DNA from: a virus
Lineage: Duplodnaviria; Caudoviricetes
Length of the DNA stretch: 60,628 bases
Direction: 5' to 3' (one strand)
Virus record (IMG/VR): IMGVR_UViG_3300010157_000068
Coordinates: 1-60,628 of that record
This document shows positions 50,601 through 59,441 of this stretch, in pieces (within the stretch, counting starts at the first letter, position 1; each line of letters starts with the position of its first letter). The notes under the pieces are model-generated. The model had not been told where the DNA came from. It saw only the letters and a program-made list of their open reading frames with translations, and ran no database searches. Made by a program: the position numbers and the translations under genes.

Positions 50601-51428
50601 ATAACGGACTTATTAAATATGTCCACTATCTGTTGCTCAATTTTTTTCATCGCTCAATATTTTAATTAGTTCCTCCTTACCGTATTTTAATGAAAGTTGC
50701 TCGATGTCGGAGGGTAGGGTGTTTTCGATTTTTTCTGCCCAAGTGCCGTTTTTAAAAATTAAACATCCTCCCTTATATAGTTCATTATCTTTAAAATAAA
50801 ATGTAGTTATATCTCCGTTTAAATCTACAATTCTACCATCTGCTAAAGAGTGAACTTTCACCCCCTTTTTAAACCCTCTCTTAACCGCTTCTTTAGTCAA
50901 TGCTTCTTCTACTTCTTGGGGGGTGGCTAGAGTCCATTCTGAAATAGGGTATCCACTTAATCCATTTTCTCTATATTTATCAAACCAAAATCCACAACTA
51001 TCAATTCCATATCCTAATCCTTCGTTATAAGCCACAGTTCCTACGCTATTTTTATACCACTTCCCAACCTCCAAACTAGGCTTTCTAAACTCTTGAAACC
51101 ACTCCTCTATTTTCTCCTTGCACTCATTTAACGAGTGCAGATAGGTTATTTGTTTTTTGGTTAGGGTGTAGGTTGGTTCGATACCACAGGCATTTAAAAA
51201 TATCTGCTCGTCCCATTCCTCGTATCGTTTTTCTAAATCAAGTACCGAAATATCAAGTTCGGAACCGTTACCAATACAAGGACAGTACTTTCCAACCCAA
51301 CTATTACATAGATAAGGGTGGTACTCCAATCCCCAAACATTTTTTGTAATTCCTACCAACTTAGGCTCAATAGCCGACCACTGCTCTTTATTGCATTTCA
51401 TCGCAATAGGCGTAAATTTTGTTTTCAT
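47628..51428 (-). CDS. Cluster of small early/middle hypothetical proteins (47628-47816, 47798-48199, 48203-48607, 48611-48880, 48877-49104, 49260-~49763, 49756-49974, 50316-50507, 50637-51428 and shorter ORFs)
   Basis: Tightly packed co-oriented ORFs with patchy base composition. Confidence 0.6.
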
Positions 51429-51769
51429 CTGTTAAATAATTGAATTAGGCATCCGCTTGTAGGGGCGCCTGAGTTAAACGTGTATGTTAATTTATTGTCC
51501 CTAGTCATTCCGATAACTATAGGCTTGGCTTGCTCGTTCTGAACCCTCATCTCAAAGTACCCTCGGTCCAACATCTTAACCTCTGACACTCTGTCGGTGG
51601 TTGATAGCAACGTGTCAGGTATAGAGCCGTTAAGGTCGATAAGGGTGAGTCTGTCACCCGATTGTAGGTGGATAGATGTTGTTTTTAGGTCTTCTGAGAG
51701 ACTTTCTTGCTCGGAAGGTGATGAGCACCCGTACACTAGTACAAGTGCGCTTAGGATTAGTTTTTTCAT
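51425..51769 (-). CDS. Lipoprotein
   Basis: MKKLILSALVLVYG-C lipobox followed by an S/E-rich segment. Confidence 0.75.
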   Translation of the reverse strand: MKKLILSALVLVYGCSSPSEQESLSEDLKTTSIHLQSGDRLTLIDLNGSIPDTLLSTTDRVSEVKMLDRGYFEMRVQNEQAKPIVIGMTRDNKLTYTFNSGAPTSGCLIQLFNR

Positions 51770-51944
51770 GTCTTAATGATTTAAGTTATAAAATAAGGTC
51801 CACCCTATGCATGTTAGTATCATGCATATGAATCTAAGTTGTTTGTTGTCGCCTGACTTGTTTATAAAGTCTACTGCCGATGACTCTGCATAGGACAGTG
51901 TAAAAAATAAAGATAAAAAGAATATAGCCGTCATGATTATTTGT

Positions 51945-53129
51945 CTAGTTTAATTGTTCTATTTTAAATTGTTCTGAAAGTTCCTTGCATAGGTCTTCGG
52001 CAAACTTGTAGTCAAGTTTTCGGAATCGATTCTGACCATAGTGAGGTATTGCCTTTTCTCCATCCGCGCATATAACGAATGGTACCTCTTCAATAAATAC
52101 GTTTCCCGATTCTCGGATGCCTTTTATTGTGTACATACTTCCTTTTACTAAGGACTTTGTTTTTGAGTAGTCTCCGACTGCGTCGCAAATACATACTACT
52201 TTTTCTCCTACTTTAAACATGATTATTTGTTTTGATTGTTATACCATCTGATGAATTTTACGCACGCGTTATAAACTGCATTAATTTTAATATCTGAGAA
52301 TTCAGATGACACGATACTGCTCTTAGTAACCAAGCACTGATAATCTCCGTCCTCTTGTTTGTTGATTTCGACTGAGTAATTTAGGTCCTCAATCTTCTCT
52401 ACCACATCCATTAACCAATTCCAATCTGAACTATACAAATCATCTTCCCATGACTGAGGGTTTTCGTGACCCATAAACTCAGCAATCATCTCGTTGTTCT
52501 CCTCGGTAGTAGGCTCTATGTATAGGCTCCGCTTGGCGCCCTCTAGAGTGCTATAGTCTTGGCTTTCGAATGACTCGTTTCCCTCCTGAATGACTTGTCT
52601 GTTGCCTTTTTTGTATACTACTGTGCGCATAATTCCCATGTGTTTAGTTTGGTTGAACGTGTTATCTCTAGGCGCTCGCATATGAACCGCGCCAACTTGT
52701 TGTTTACTGATTTTTGATCGATGCTCGGTGAGCCTATCACACTCACCACGTCGCGTGGCGACATGCCTAGTACCCGTGTGCAGAACTTGACGTCCTGACC
52801 TAGGTAGTAGATTCTGCCGTATGCCTCCAATGTCCAATCGTGTCCGAAGCCGTATGAGCCTCTTGTTATATTTACCTTCATAGCTGAGTGTATAAAATTT
52901 CTAACTCGTTCTTGTGCTCGTGGTTGTTGTCTATAGCGGACTGTACCGCCTTCTTCATGCTCGTTTGGTAGTCGTACTGCTCCCAAGTTCTGTTCAGGTA
53001 CCTTACGTGGCTAGTGCCAACATAGTTGTCGTTAATGTATAACGAACTAGCATGGACGAAGCCGTCACTCTTAGAACTGTAACTATTATCTAGTCTGTAC
53101 GTGTTGTTGTTTAATTTAAATTCTTTCAT
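51945..53129 (-). CDS. Four early hypothetical proteins (51945-52220, 52223-~52639, 52618-~52881, 52878-53129)
   Basis: Co-oriented ORFs, starts re-called to avoid long overlaps. Confidence 0.6.
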
Positions 53130-53325
53130 GTCAGAAATGTCGTTTTAGGGTTGCCCTACTCTACTATATATATTATTATATTATTATTATTTTATTTTAC
53201 TCTATAAAAGTAAGTAAAAATCAGAATACTAACATAGAATAGACTAAACCCTTATAAACAAAGGGCTCAGTCATGTGTCGTTTTCTAAAAAAATCGTCAG
53301 GCCATGTCAGATAATCGACACAAAC
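53128..53325 (+). repeat. Degenerate inverted repeat, copy A (origin-like)
   Basis: 53128-53147 is the reverse complement of 56242-56261 (20/20). 53216-53238 is the reverse complement of 56151-56173 (23/23). An AT-only tract lies between. Confidence 0.9.
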
Positions 53326-54773
53326 CTATACTTTTATGCGTCTGAATAGCTTCTCGTCGAACTTGTACGGCTCTCCCGTGTACCTTGGACTGAATGCTAT
53401 CGCGTCCATCACGTCTGTTGAGATGGCAATACTATCCTGAGTCATCTCCGATGCCAGGTTCTCGAAGTCGGTTAGGACCTTAGACTGCCTAGCGTACTTG
53501 TACTCGAACAGACCGACAAATGTCGGCTCTACGTTTCCTAGGTACTCCATATCTACGATTTGGAATCCCATCAGCCTATAGTTGCCTTCCGATGCCATCC
53601 TGTCTATTACTTCTGAAGCCGTGTAGGGGTTGTTGTTTAACCCGATGTTTACTTGTAGTGTTTTCATGCCTTTTTAATTTGAATGTTTAACGTTGGATAT
53701 TTTAATGAGAAGCTAGACGCGACCTCTAGGGTCTCGTCGTAAGAACTAAACCCGAATATTTTAGTCTCTTCTAGGTTGTCGTCAATTAGTACGACCTCGT
53801 AGTTATCTTCACTGTCCACGCTCTCTGTTACGTACAGAAAGTTGTTGTCCTTGGCTTGCTTTTCAAGCGCCTCATAGCACGCATCGTATGTTGCCTCGCT
53901 ATCAAAGATGGCTACCAATTCAGCGTAGCCATCCGTCTCAAAGTATACTCTTACCATAATAATTAGAATGTGCCCTCTGTGGGCGGTTTGTGGTTATCAA
54001 TCATCTCCTTTAGTCTCTCTATGGTGCCCGATTGGGCAATGACCTTGCCCCTCTCGTACCTATAGTTGGTGTGCTTGTTGCCCTTGTAGTCTGTACGTTC
54101 AAACTCTGTAACGTACCTCATAAATTCTGTGTAGTCCATACCTATTCTATTTCAGTTAGTACCCCGTCTACCTCCTCGTATTGGTAGTCATCCTCGTCCT
54201 CCCACTCTGTGTAGTAGCACTCTTCGTTGTCGTTGTCCTCCCACTCTGCCTCAAACATCTGCTCGAAGTCATCGTATCCGTTAAATGCAGCGACCTCGTC
54301 TGCCATCGATTGCTCGGAGTAGTACTCACCAAATATGTACCACCCCTTGTTCATTCCCTTGCCCGAAAACGAGCACTTTCTTGCGTACTTCATAATTTTA
54401 GTATTAGTTGATTTGATTTGTATATCATCGCAGTGAGTATGCCTCTAACGTTAGGCACAAAGAAGTTATCCTTGACCACCTTGTTAAGTTCTCTTTTCAC
54501 TACTAGTCTCTCCCATATAGTTTGAAAAGAAGCCAAGGGGTCTATGCAGTCCCAAAGACCGTTCGCGCTTATGTATTCCCTAGCTTCCTTGTATGTTGAG
54601 TAAGGACCCTCGTGTAACGCTAGGCGTACCTCGAAGTCGTGAGTAGACATACCTAATTCCTTAGCTACAATCTCTGTAGCTTTGTATATCAATTCCTGAG
54701 TCTCGTCAGAGTAGAACCTACCCTCGCTTTGCAGTCTGTCTAAGACATCTTCTACTATTTTTAGTGCTCTCAT
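53326..54773 (-). CDS. Five earliest small proteins (53326-53667, 53664-53957, 53963-54139, 54142-54393, 54390-54773)
   Basis: Coupled ORFs downstream of the early promoter. Two are strongly acidic. Confidence 0.65.
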
Positions 54774-54949
54774 CTTATATCTTTGTTAAATACGTAAATC
54801 ATTACCGCGCTTAGTACCATAATCATCTCTAACCACCCCACAAGGATGATGTTAATGATACTTTTGTCAGGCATCTCAATGCCCAACTTGATTACAAGGA
54901 TGGCGCCTAGTATAAACACCACCATTAGTAGTTTGTCTGTTGTCTTCAT
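54770..54949 (-). CDS. 59-aa two-TM membrane protein, first ORF of the early operon
   Basis: Manually translated MKTTDKLLMVVFILGAILVIKLG...IYVFNKDIR*, with an ATGA overlap to the next gene. Confidence 0.7.
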   Translation of the reverse strand: MKTTDKLLMVVFILGAILVIKLGIEMPDKSIINIILVGWLEMIMVLSAVMIYVFNKDIR

Positions 54950-54966
54950 AACTATAATGTTTTAAG

Positions 54967-55021
54967 TAACTGTTTCGTCATTTGTGACTCATCAGTCAGG
55001 GCACACACCCTGATACAGTTA
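54967..55021 (-). ncRNA. Type III hammerhead ribozyme
   Basis: Minus strand reads UAACUG-UA^-UCAGGG-UGUGUG-CCCUGA-CUGAUGA-GUCA-CAAA-UGAC-GAAA-CAGUUA. The catalytic core is complete and all three stems pair perfectly. Confidence 0.95.
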
Positions 55022-55280
55022 ACGACCTATGCCTATGTAGTTGGCAGTATCGTAGCTTCGGACCTAAAGGATTACTTTGACCTCTTATTCCTGAGTAGCT
55101 ACACCCGATGTTATAGTCTGTTCTGACTGCCTCCACTTTATAGGTCTGTGGTACCGACCGAGTTAATGACTGCCTTACTCCGCAGTGGTGATTCTTTTGA
55201 CTAGCACAGTGAACCACCTAAACTATATCGACTTTTTCTTTGGAGTCGTGAACCGTGAGAAGAACGTTGTCCCTTTTGAC
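55014..55280 (-). ncRNA. Candidate ~265-nt structured RNA released by the hammerhead
   Basis: Lies between a TAnnTTTG promoter and the cleavage site, with at least seven nested helices. Confidence 0.55.
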
Positions 55281-55284
55281 ACTG

Positions 55285-55292
55285 CAAACATA
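55285..55292 (-). promoter_or_regulatory. Early promoter -7 element TATGTTTG
   Basis: CAAACATA on the + strand, at the head of the entire minus-strand arm. Confidence 0.65.
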
Positions 55293-56059
55293 TGGCGAGT
55301 GTTTCAGTTGACCTAGAAAAAAATGATAAATCCGATTAAGTGCACAGTTTTATCGATTAAATGCACATCTGATAGAGTAGATTCCTACAAATCGTGTAGA
55401 TATTACTGCTCACAATATGTAACTGATTGATAACGAGATAGTTAATATGTATAGTAACTTTGCATATATAGAACGCGTGTGCGTAGGTGACTAACGGGTG
55501 TTAGTTAACTTGCCATCTGTAAGCCTTTAAGCGCTTTTTTCTTACAATTCAATAACAAAACCCTACATATAATACGAATTTCGCATTTTAAAGCTATTTA
55601 AGCGACGATTATGTAATCAGAGGTAGTTAGATACCACCTACCCAGAGATAGTGTCTTAATCGCAAATCCCCAATGAATACGCGGGCTCACGTCGTAGGAA
55701 TATACTGCAGTATAGTTGCAGACTATCAGGCCTTGGCTGCTCCATAGATCTCTGTTATAGTTTACTCTTACCCGTTTGTTGTCGGCTATCCGTTTACAAA
55801 TGGATATCACCGTATCGCATATCGCGATATGAAATGCAGAAGACTTGCCATCGTAATGTCAAACGTGCACGTCACAAGCTATCAGATAGGGGATGGAAAA
55901 AGCTAAAAAATCTGAAAGAAATTTCTGAAAATGTGACCCCGGGGGTGAAATAAAAGCGACTTTCGGATGAGGCATGCCGACGTGAAACCTATATATAACC
56001 CAAACACCATACATTTCTAACATATTTTTTTTAGCTCATCCCTTGCTATCAGAGGGCTA

Positions 56060-56261
56060 CGTCGATTTTTGATGCCTTGTGTCGATTTTGTGTCGATTTT
56101 TTTTAAAGTTGTCATGAGATAATTATTTGACTATCAAGTAGTTAGCTATCTCTATGTTAGTATTCTGATTTTTTTCCTATTTTATAGAAGAAAAAAAATA
56201 AATATATATATATAATTATATATAGAGAGAGTAGGGAGATGTAAAACGACATTTCTGACAT
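56060..56261 (-). repeat. Degenerate inverted repeat, copy B, with GTCGATTTT iteron-like repeats
   Basis: Reverse complement of 53128-53325. GTCGATTTT occurs three times at about 56061-56100. Confidence 0.9.
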
Positions 56262-56305
56262 ACAACTATTTTTAATAGTTGTGAATCATATATATAAAAA
56301 AACCA

Positions 56306-56313
56306 TATATTTG
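56306..56313 (+). promoter_or_regulatory. -7 promoter element TATATTTG for groEL
   Basis: Consensus match upstream of the ATG at 56348. Confidence 0.65.
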
Positions 56314-56347
56314 CCCCATACAATAATTAAATTAAATTTTTTTTATA

Positions 56348-57931
56348 ATGAGCAACGAATTATTTTTTAAAGAAGAGGGCCGTCAGAAACTTGTAGATGG
56401 TATCACAAAGATCAGCAGCGCTGTAAAGAGCACCCTAGGCCCTAGGGGGAAGACTGTGCTTATCGAATCACAGAACCACGTGCACGGTATAACTGTGACA
56501 AAGGATGGTGTAACTGTGGCTAAATCAATAACACTTGAGGACCCGGTAGAGAACCTGGCTGTAAAGATGATGAAGGAGGCTGCGGACCGTACGGCGACAA
56601 GCGCAGGAGATGGTACAACAACCGCAATTGTTCTAACAGAGGCAATAGTAAACAAGGGGACCGAGTTTATAACCAGTAGAAATAATCCTACCATGGTCCT
56701 TAGGGAGGTGAACACGATCGTGGACGGCGTTGTAAAGACACTTGAGAAGAAGTCAAAGAAGGTCAGAGGAAAGACCCTAAGAGATGTCGCGTCTATATCC
56801 GCAAACAATGACAAGGAGATAGGGGATATTATCGCTGACGCGTACTCAAAGGTTGGCAAGGACGGCGTTGTGACTGTTGATGACTCCCAGGACGAGAACA
56901 CATACGGAGAGGTGACAAACGGAATCCGGGTGGATAAGGGGTACACGAGCAGGCTATTTGTGAACGACATGAAGAAGGAGGAGTGCATACTAGACAACGT
57001 GTACGTGATGGTCACAGACCAGGAGATAAATAACATGATGTCTATAGAGAACGTCCTAAAGCCGATAGTTCAGGACAAGAAGAAGCTCCTTATAATTGGC
57101 CCGTGTACAAACAACATGATCAACACACTAGCCGCGAACGTAATACATAACGACCTTAAGTTCTGTAACATTCCGCCCCCACAGTTTGGTTACAAGCAGC
57201 AGGAGCTGATGCAGGACATAGCCCTGGCACTTGGAGCCACGTACTTCAGCGAGCAGACCGGAGACGACCTTTCGCTAATGACGCCGGAACACCTGGGACT
57301 AGCCAAGAGAATTATAGTCGGAAGGGACTCTACAGTAATTGTAAGGAATGAGGACGCCAGCGAGGCCGTTAAGGAGAGAGTGGCACAGTTATGGGTTCAG
57401 CACGAGAACTCGTCTAAGAAGGGCGAAAAGGATGCGATTAAGGAGCGCATAGCCTCTCTATCTGGCGGAGTAGGAGTGATACACGTAGGAGGAGGATCGG
57501 GCGTGGAGCAGAAGGAGCGCAAGGACAGGGTCGACGACGCGGTCTGTGCTGTAAGGAGCGCGCTTGAGGAGGGGATCATACCAGGAGGAGGTGTGGCACT
57601 ATACAACGCGGCGTCTGACATCATAGCGTACGCTGACGATAACATGGAGCATATAAGTCACGACCAGTACACGGCGATGCAGATCGTTGGCTGGGCACTT
57701 CAGGCACCCCTGATTCAGATAATGGAGAACGCAGGGCTGGACGCCTACGCGATAATGGCCTCTATCAGCGAAGAAGGGCACGGGTACGATGTAAAGAACG
57801 AGTGCTACGGAGACATGATGGCCATGGGCGTTATTGACCCGTTAAAGGTTACCAAGAACGCTCTGAAGAACGCGACCAGCGTAGCCACGACAATACTTAG
57901 TACGAACGCGATAGTAACAATTAAACGATAG
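56348..57931 (+). CDS. groEL: Phage-encoded chaperonin GroEL
   Basis: TLGPRG, TKDGVTVAK, AGDGTTTA, DRVDDA, GIIPGGG and GVIDPLKV motifs. Confidence 0.97.
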   Translation: MSNELFFKEEGRQKLVDGITKISSAVKSTLGPRGKTVLIESQNHVHGITVTKDGVTVAKSITLEDPVENLAVKMMKEAADRTATSAGDGTTTAIVLTEAIVNKGTEFITSRNNPTMVLREVNTIVDGVVKTLEKKSKKVRGKTLRDVASISANNDKEIGDIIADAYSKVGKDGVVTVDDSQDENTYGEVTNGIRVDKGYTSRLFVNDMKKEECILDNVYVMVTDQEINNMMSIENVLKPIVQDKKKLLIIGPCTNNMINTLAANVIHNDLKFCNIPPPQFGYKQQELMQDIALALGATYFSEQTGDDLSLMTPEHLGLAKRIIVGRDSTVIVRNEDASEAVKERVAQLWVQHENSSKKGEKDAIKERIASLSGGVGVIHVGGGSGVEQKERKDRVDDAVCAVRSALEEGIIPGGGVALYNAASDIIAYADDNMEHISHDQYTAMQIVGWALQAPLIQIMENAGLDAYAIMASISEEGHGYDVKNECYGDMMAMGVIDPLKVTKNALKNATSVATTILSTNAIVTIKR

Positions 57932-57933
57932 AC

Positions 57934-58194
57934 ATGCAGCCAATAGGTAAATACATAGTGATAACTCCGATAGAGGAGCAGATAAAGTCGGACGTAACCG
58001 GACTGATAATGTCAGGTTCAGATGCCGCCAAGATGAGGTACAAGAAGGCCGAGATAGTAAGGGTTGGAACGGAGGTCACCGCTGTGAGTGATGGGCAGAC
58101 GATATACTACGACAAGAACGCTGGGTTCAGCATGGTGACACAGGCCGGTACGTACACGGTGATAATGGAGAGGGATGTTATTGTGATTATTTAA
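57934..58194 (+). CDS. groES: Co-chaperonin GroES
   Basis: MQPIGKYIVI...GLIM...AEIVRVG...VSDGQTIYY...IMERDV, directly after groEL. Confidence 0.85.
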   Translation: MQPIGKYIVITPIEEQIKSDVTGLIMSGSDAAKMRYKKAEIVRVGTEVTAVSDGQTIYYDKNAGFSMVTQAGTYTVIMERDVIVII

Positions 58195-58216
58195 AATAAA
58201 TTTGTATCTTTGCACC

Positions 58217-58513
58217 ATGGGGTTATTCACTTTCAATATTAACTATTATTCAGACGACAAGACGCTGTCTGATATTAACAAAAAACTAGACAAGATTATG
58301 GCAAACGTTCAAGAGTTAACAGATTTAGTAGACGCGTTACAGGCTTCAGTTGACACGCTACAGGAAACAATTACAACCACTATCACTGGCTTAGATGCAA
58401 CTATTGCAGACCTAACGGATCAGTTGGCTAATGGGGCAACACCTGCTCAGGTTCAAGTATTAGTGGAAAAATTGACTGCTACAAAGGCAGACTTGGAGGC
58501 TACTAACGTATAA
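58217..58513 (+). CDS. Acidic coiled-coil protein with its own promoter (TATCTTTG at 58205-58212)
   Basis: Heptad pattern. Start re-called to 58217 (alternative 58298). Confidence 0.6.
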   Translation: MGLFTFNINYYSDDKTLSDINKKLDKIMANVQELTDLVDALQASVDTLQETITTTITGLDATIADLTDQLANGATPAQVQVLVEKLTATKADLEATNV

Positions 58514-58574
58514 AGATTGACAGTACTTTGAGCACCTCTTCATAACAAAGTGTCCCAGTCAAAGGCAATTAATT

Positions 58575-58625
58575 AACCCCTAATTTTTGGATTGTGGTGT
58601 CCGCAGTCGGTTAGGGGTTTTTTAT
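58575..58625. terminator. Long terminator hairpin between convergent genes
   Basis: AACCCCTAA...GATTGTGG-TGT-CCGCAGTC...TTAGGGGTT plus a T-run. Confidence 0.7.
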
Positions 58626-59101
58626 TATTTTTTCTTTGCGGCATTAATAGCCGCATTCATTTCTTCTATCATACCCCTGTATACCTTATCCCTTGGAGAT
58701 GCGGTGGCTTTAAACAACGGGTTCTTAAGACGGTTCTCGCTTATTATCTCCTCGCCACTAAGCTTCTTGTAGACGGAGCCCATCAGCCTCTTTCCTTTGT
58801 ATGAAAGCGTATACAAGGCGCACTCCTTGTTTGTGTGCGTCCTCCACTTCCTAATCCAGTCATCCTTAACCAGCCTCTGAAAGCGAACAACATCCCAAGA
58901 CATTATCATCTCGTACCTCTCAAAGTCGTCCCTTGAGAATAGGTCCTCTGAGTACAGGAACAGAAGCATCTCTAGATCAGGATAGTTAAGTCCGTAAGCC
59001 GCATGTACCCAGTACCTTACAACCCTCCAGTACTTTAGCCAGTCGTGCTTTGGCTGCAGACGGTCGTAGTTCTTTCTAATTATTTTCTTCCTTAATTTCA
59101 T
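58625..59101 (-). CDS. Putative winged-helix DNA-binding protein
   Basis: [13 protein letters not shown]...RLVKDDWI...[11 protein letters not shown] follows a MarR-like pattern. Confidence 0.55.
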   Translation of the reverse strand: MKLRKKIIRKNYDRLQPKHDWLKYWRVVRYWVHAAYGLNYPDLEMLLFLYSEDLFSRDDFERYEMIMSWDVVRFQRLVKDDWIRKWRTHTNKECALYTLSYKGKRLMGSVYKKLSGEEIISENRLKNPLFKATASPRDKVYRGMIEEMNAAINAAKKK

Positions 59102-59115
59102 TGTAATTTAATTTA

Positions 59116-59133
59116 TTATCTTTGCAAAGATAA
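59116..59133. promoter_or_regulatory. Palindromic bidirectional promoter TTATCTTTGCAAAGATAA
   Basis: 18-bp perfect palindrome made of two TATCTTTG elements, between divergent genes. Confidence 0.75.
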
Positions 59134-59146
59134 AACATTTAAGACT

Positions 59147-59281
59147 ATGCCACTAAAAAATGGATCGAGTGCTAAAACCGTGAGCGCAAATATAAGAACC
59201 GAGATGAAACACGGTAAGAGTCAGAAGCAGAGTATAGCAATAGCATTGTCTAAGGCAGGTAAATCTAAAAACAAAAAATAA
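59147..59281 (+). CDS. Small basic protein (44 aa)
   Basis: [44 protein letters not shown]. Confidence 0.75.
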   Translation: MPLKNGSSAKTVSANIRTEMKHGKSQKQSIAIALSKAGKSKNKK

Positions 59282-59285
59282 TAAC

Positions 59286-59435
59286 ATGAAAGCTAAGGTA
59301 ACAAAAAAAGTAGTAATTGAAAAATCAACAGGCGAAAAGTATGCGTCAAAGGCGGCAATGATGAAGCACGAAAAGGGAGAAGGTAAGAAGATGCAGATGA
59401 AGGAGAAGATGATGGCTAAAAAAATGAAAAAGTAA
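59286..59435 (+). CDS. Small K/M-rich protein (49 aa)
   Basis: MKAKVTKK...KEKMMAKKMKK*. Confidence 0.7.
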   Translation: MKAKVTKKVVIEKSTGEKYASKAAMMKHEKGEGKKMQMKEKMMAKKMKK

Positions 59436-59441
59436 TAAACA

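Noticed and set aside
55120-55175. Twister ribozyme (AUAAAGUGGAGG resembles twister 3' ends)
   Set aside because: I could not build the matching 5' strand or the two pseudoknots.
54996-55217. 73-aa minus-strand ORF from the track
   Set aside because: Non-ATG start, atypical composition, and it overlaps the hammerhead and the structured RNA.
55598-55810. 70-aa minus-strand ORF in the non-coding region
   Set aside because: Isolated, atypical composition and no recognisable promoter or leader.
56060-56110. CRISPR-like or mini-array repeats
   Set aside because: The repeats are only 9-11 bp with irregular short spacing, so they are iteron-like. No cas genes are present.
56348-58194. groEL/groES as host chromosomal contamination
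   Set aside because: Reversed order, strong divergence, no GGM tail, phage-like codon usage and phage genes on both sides.
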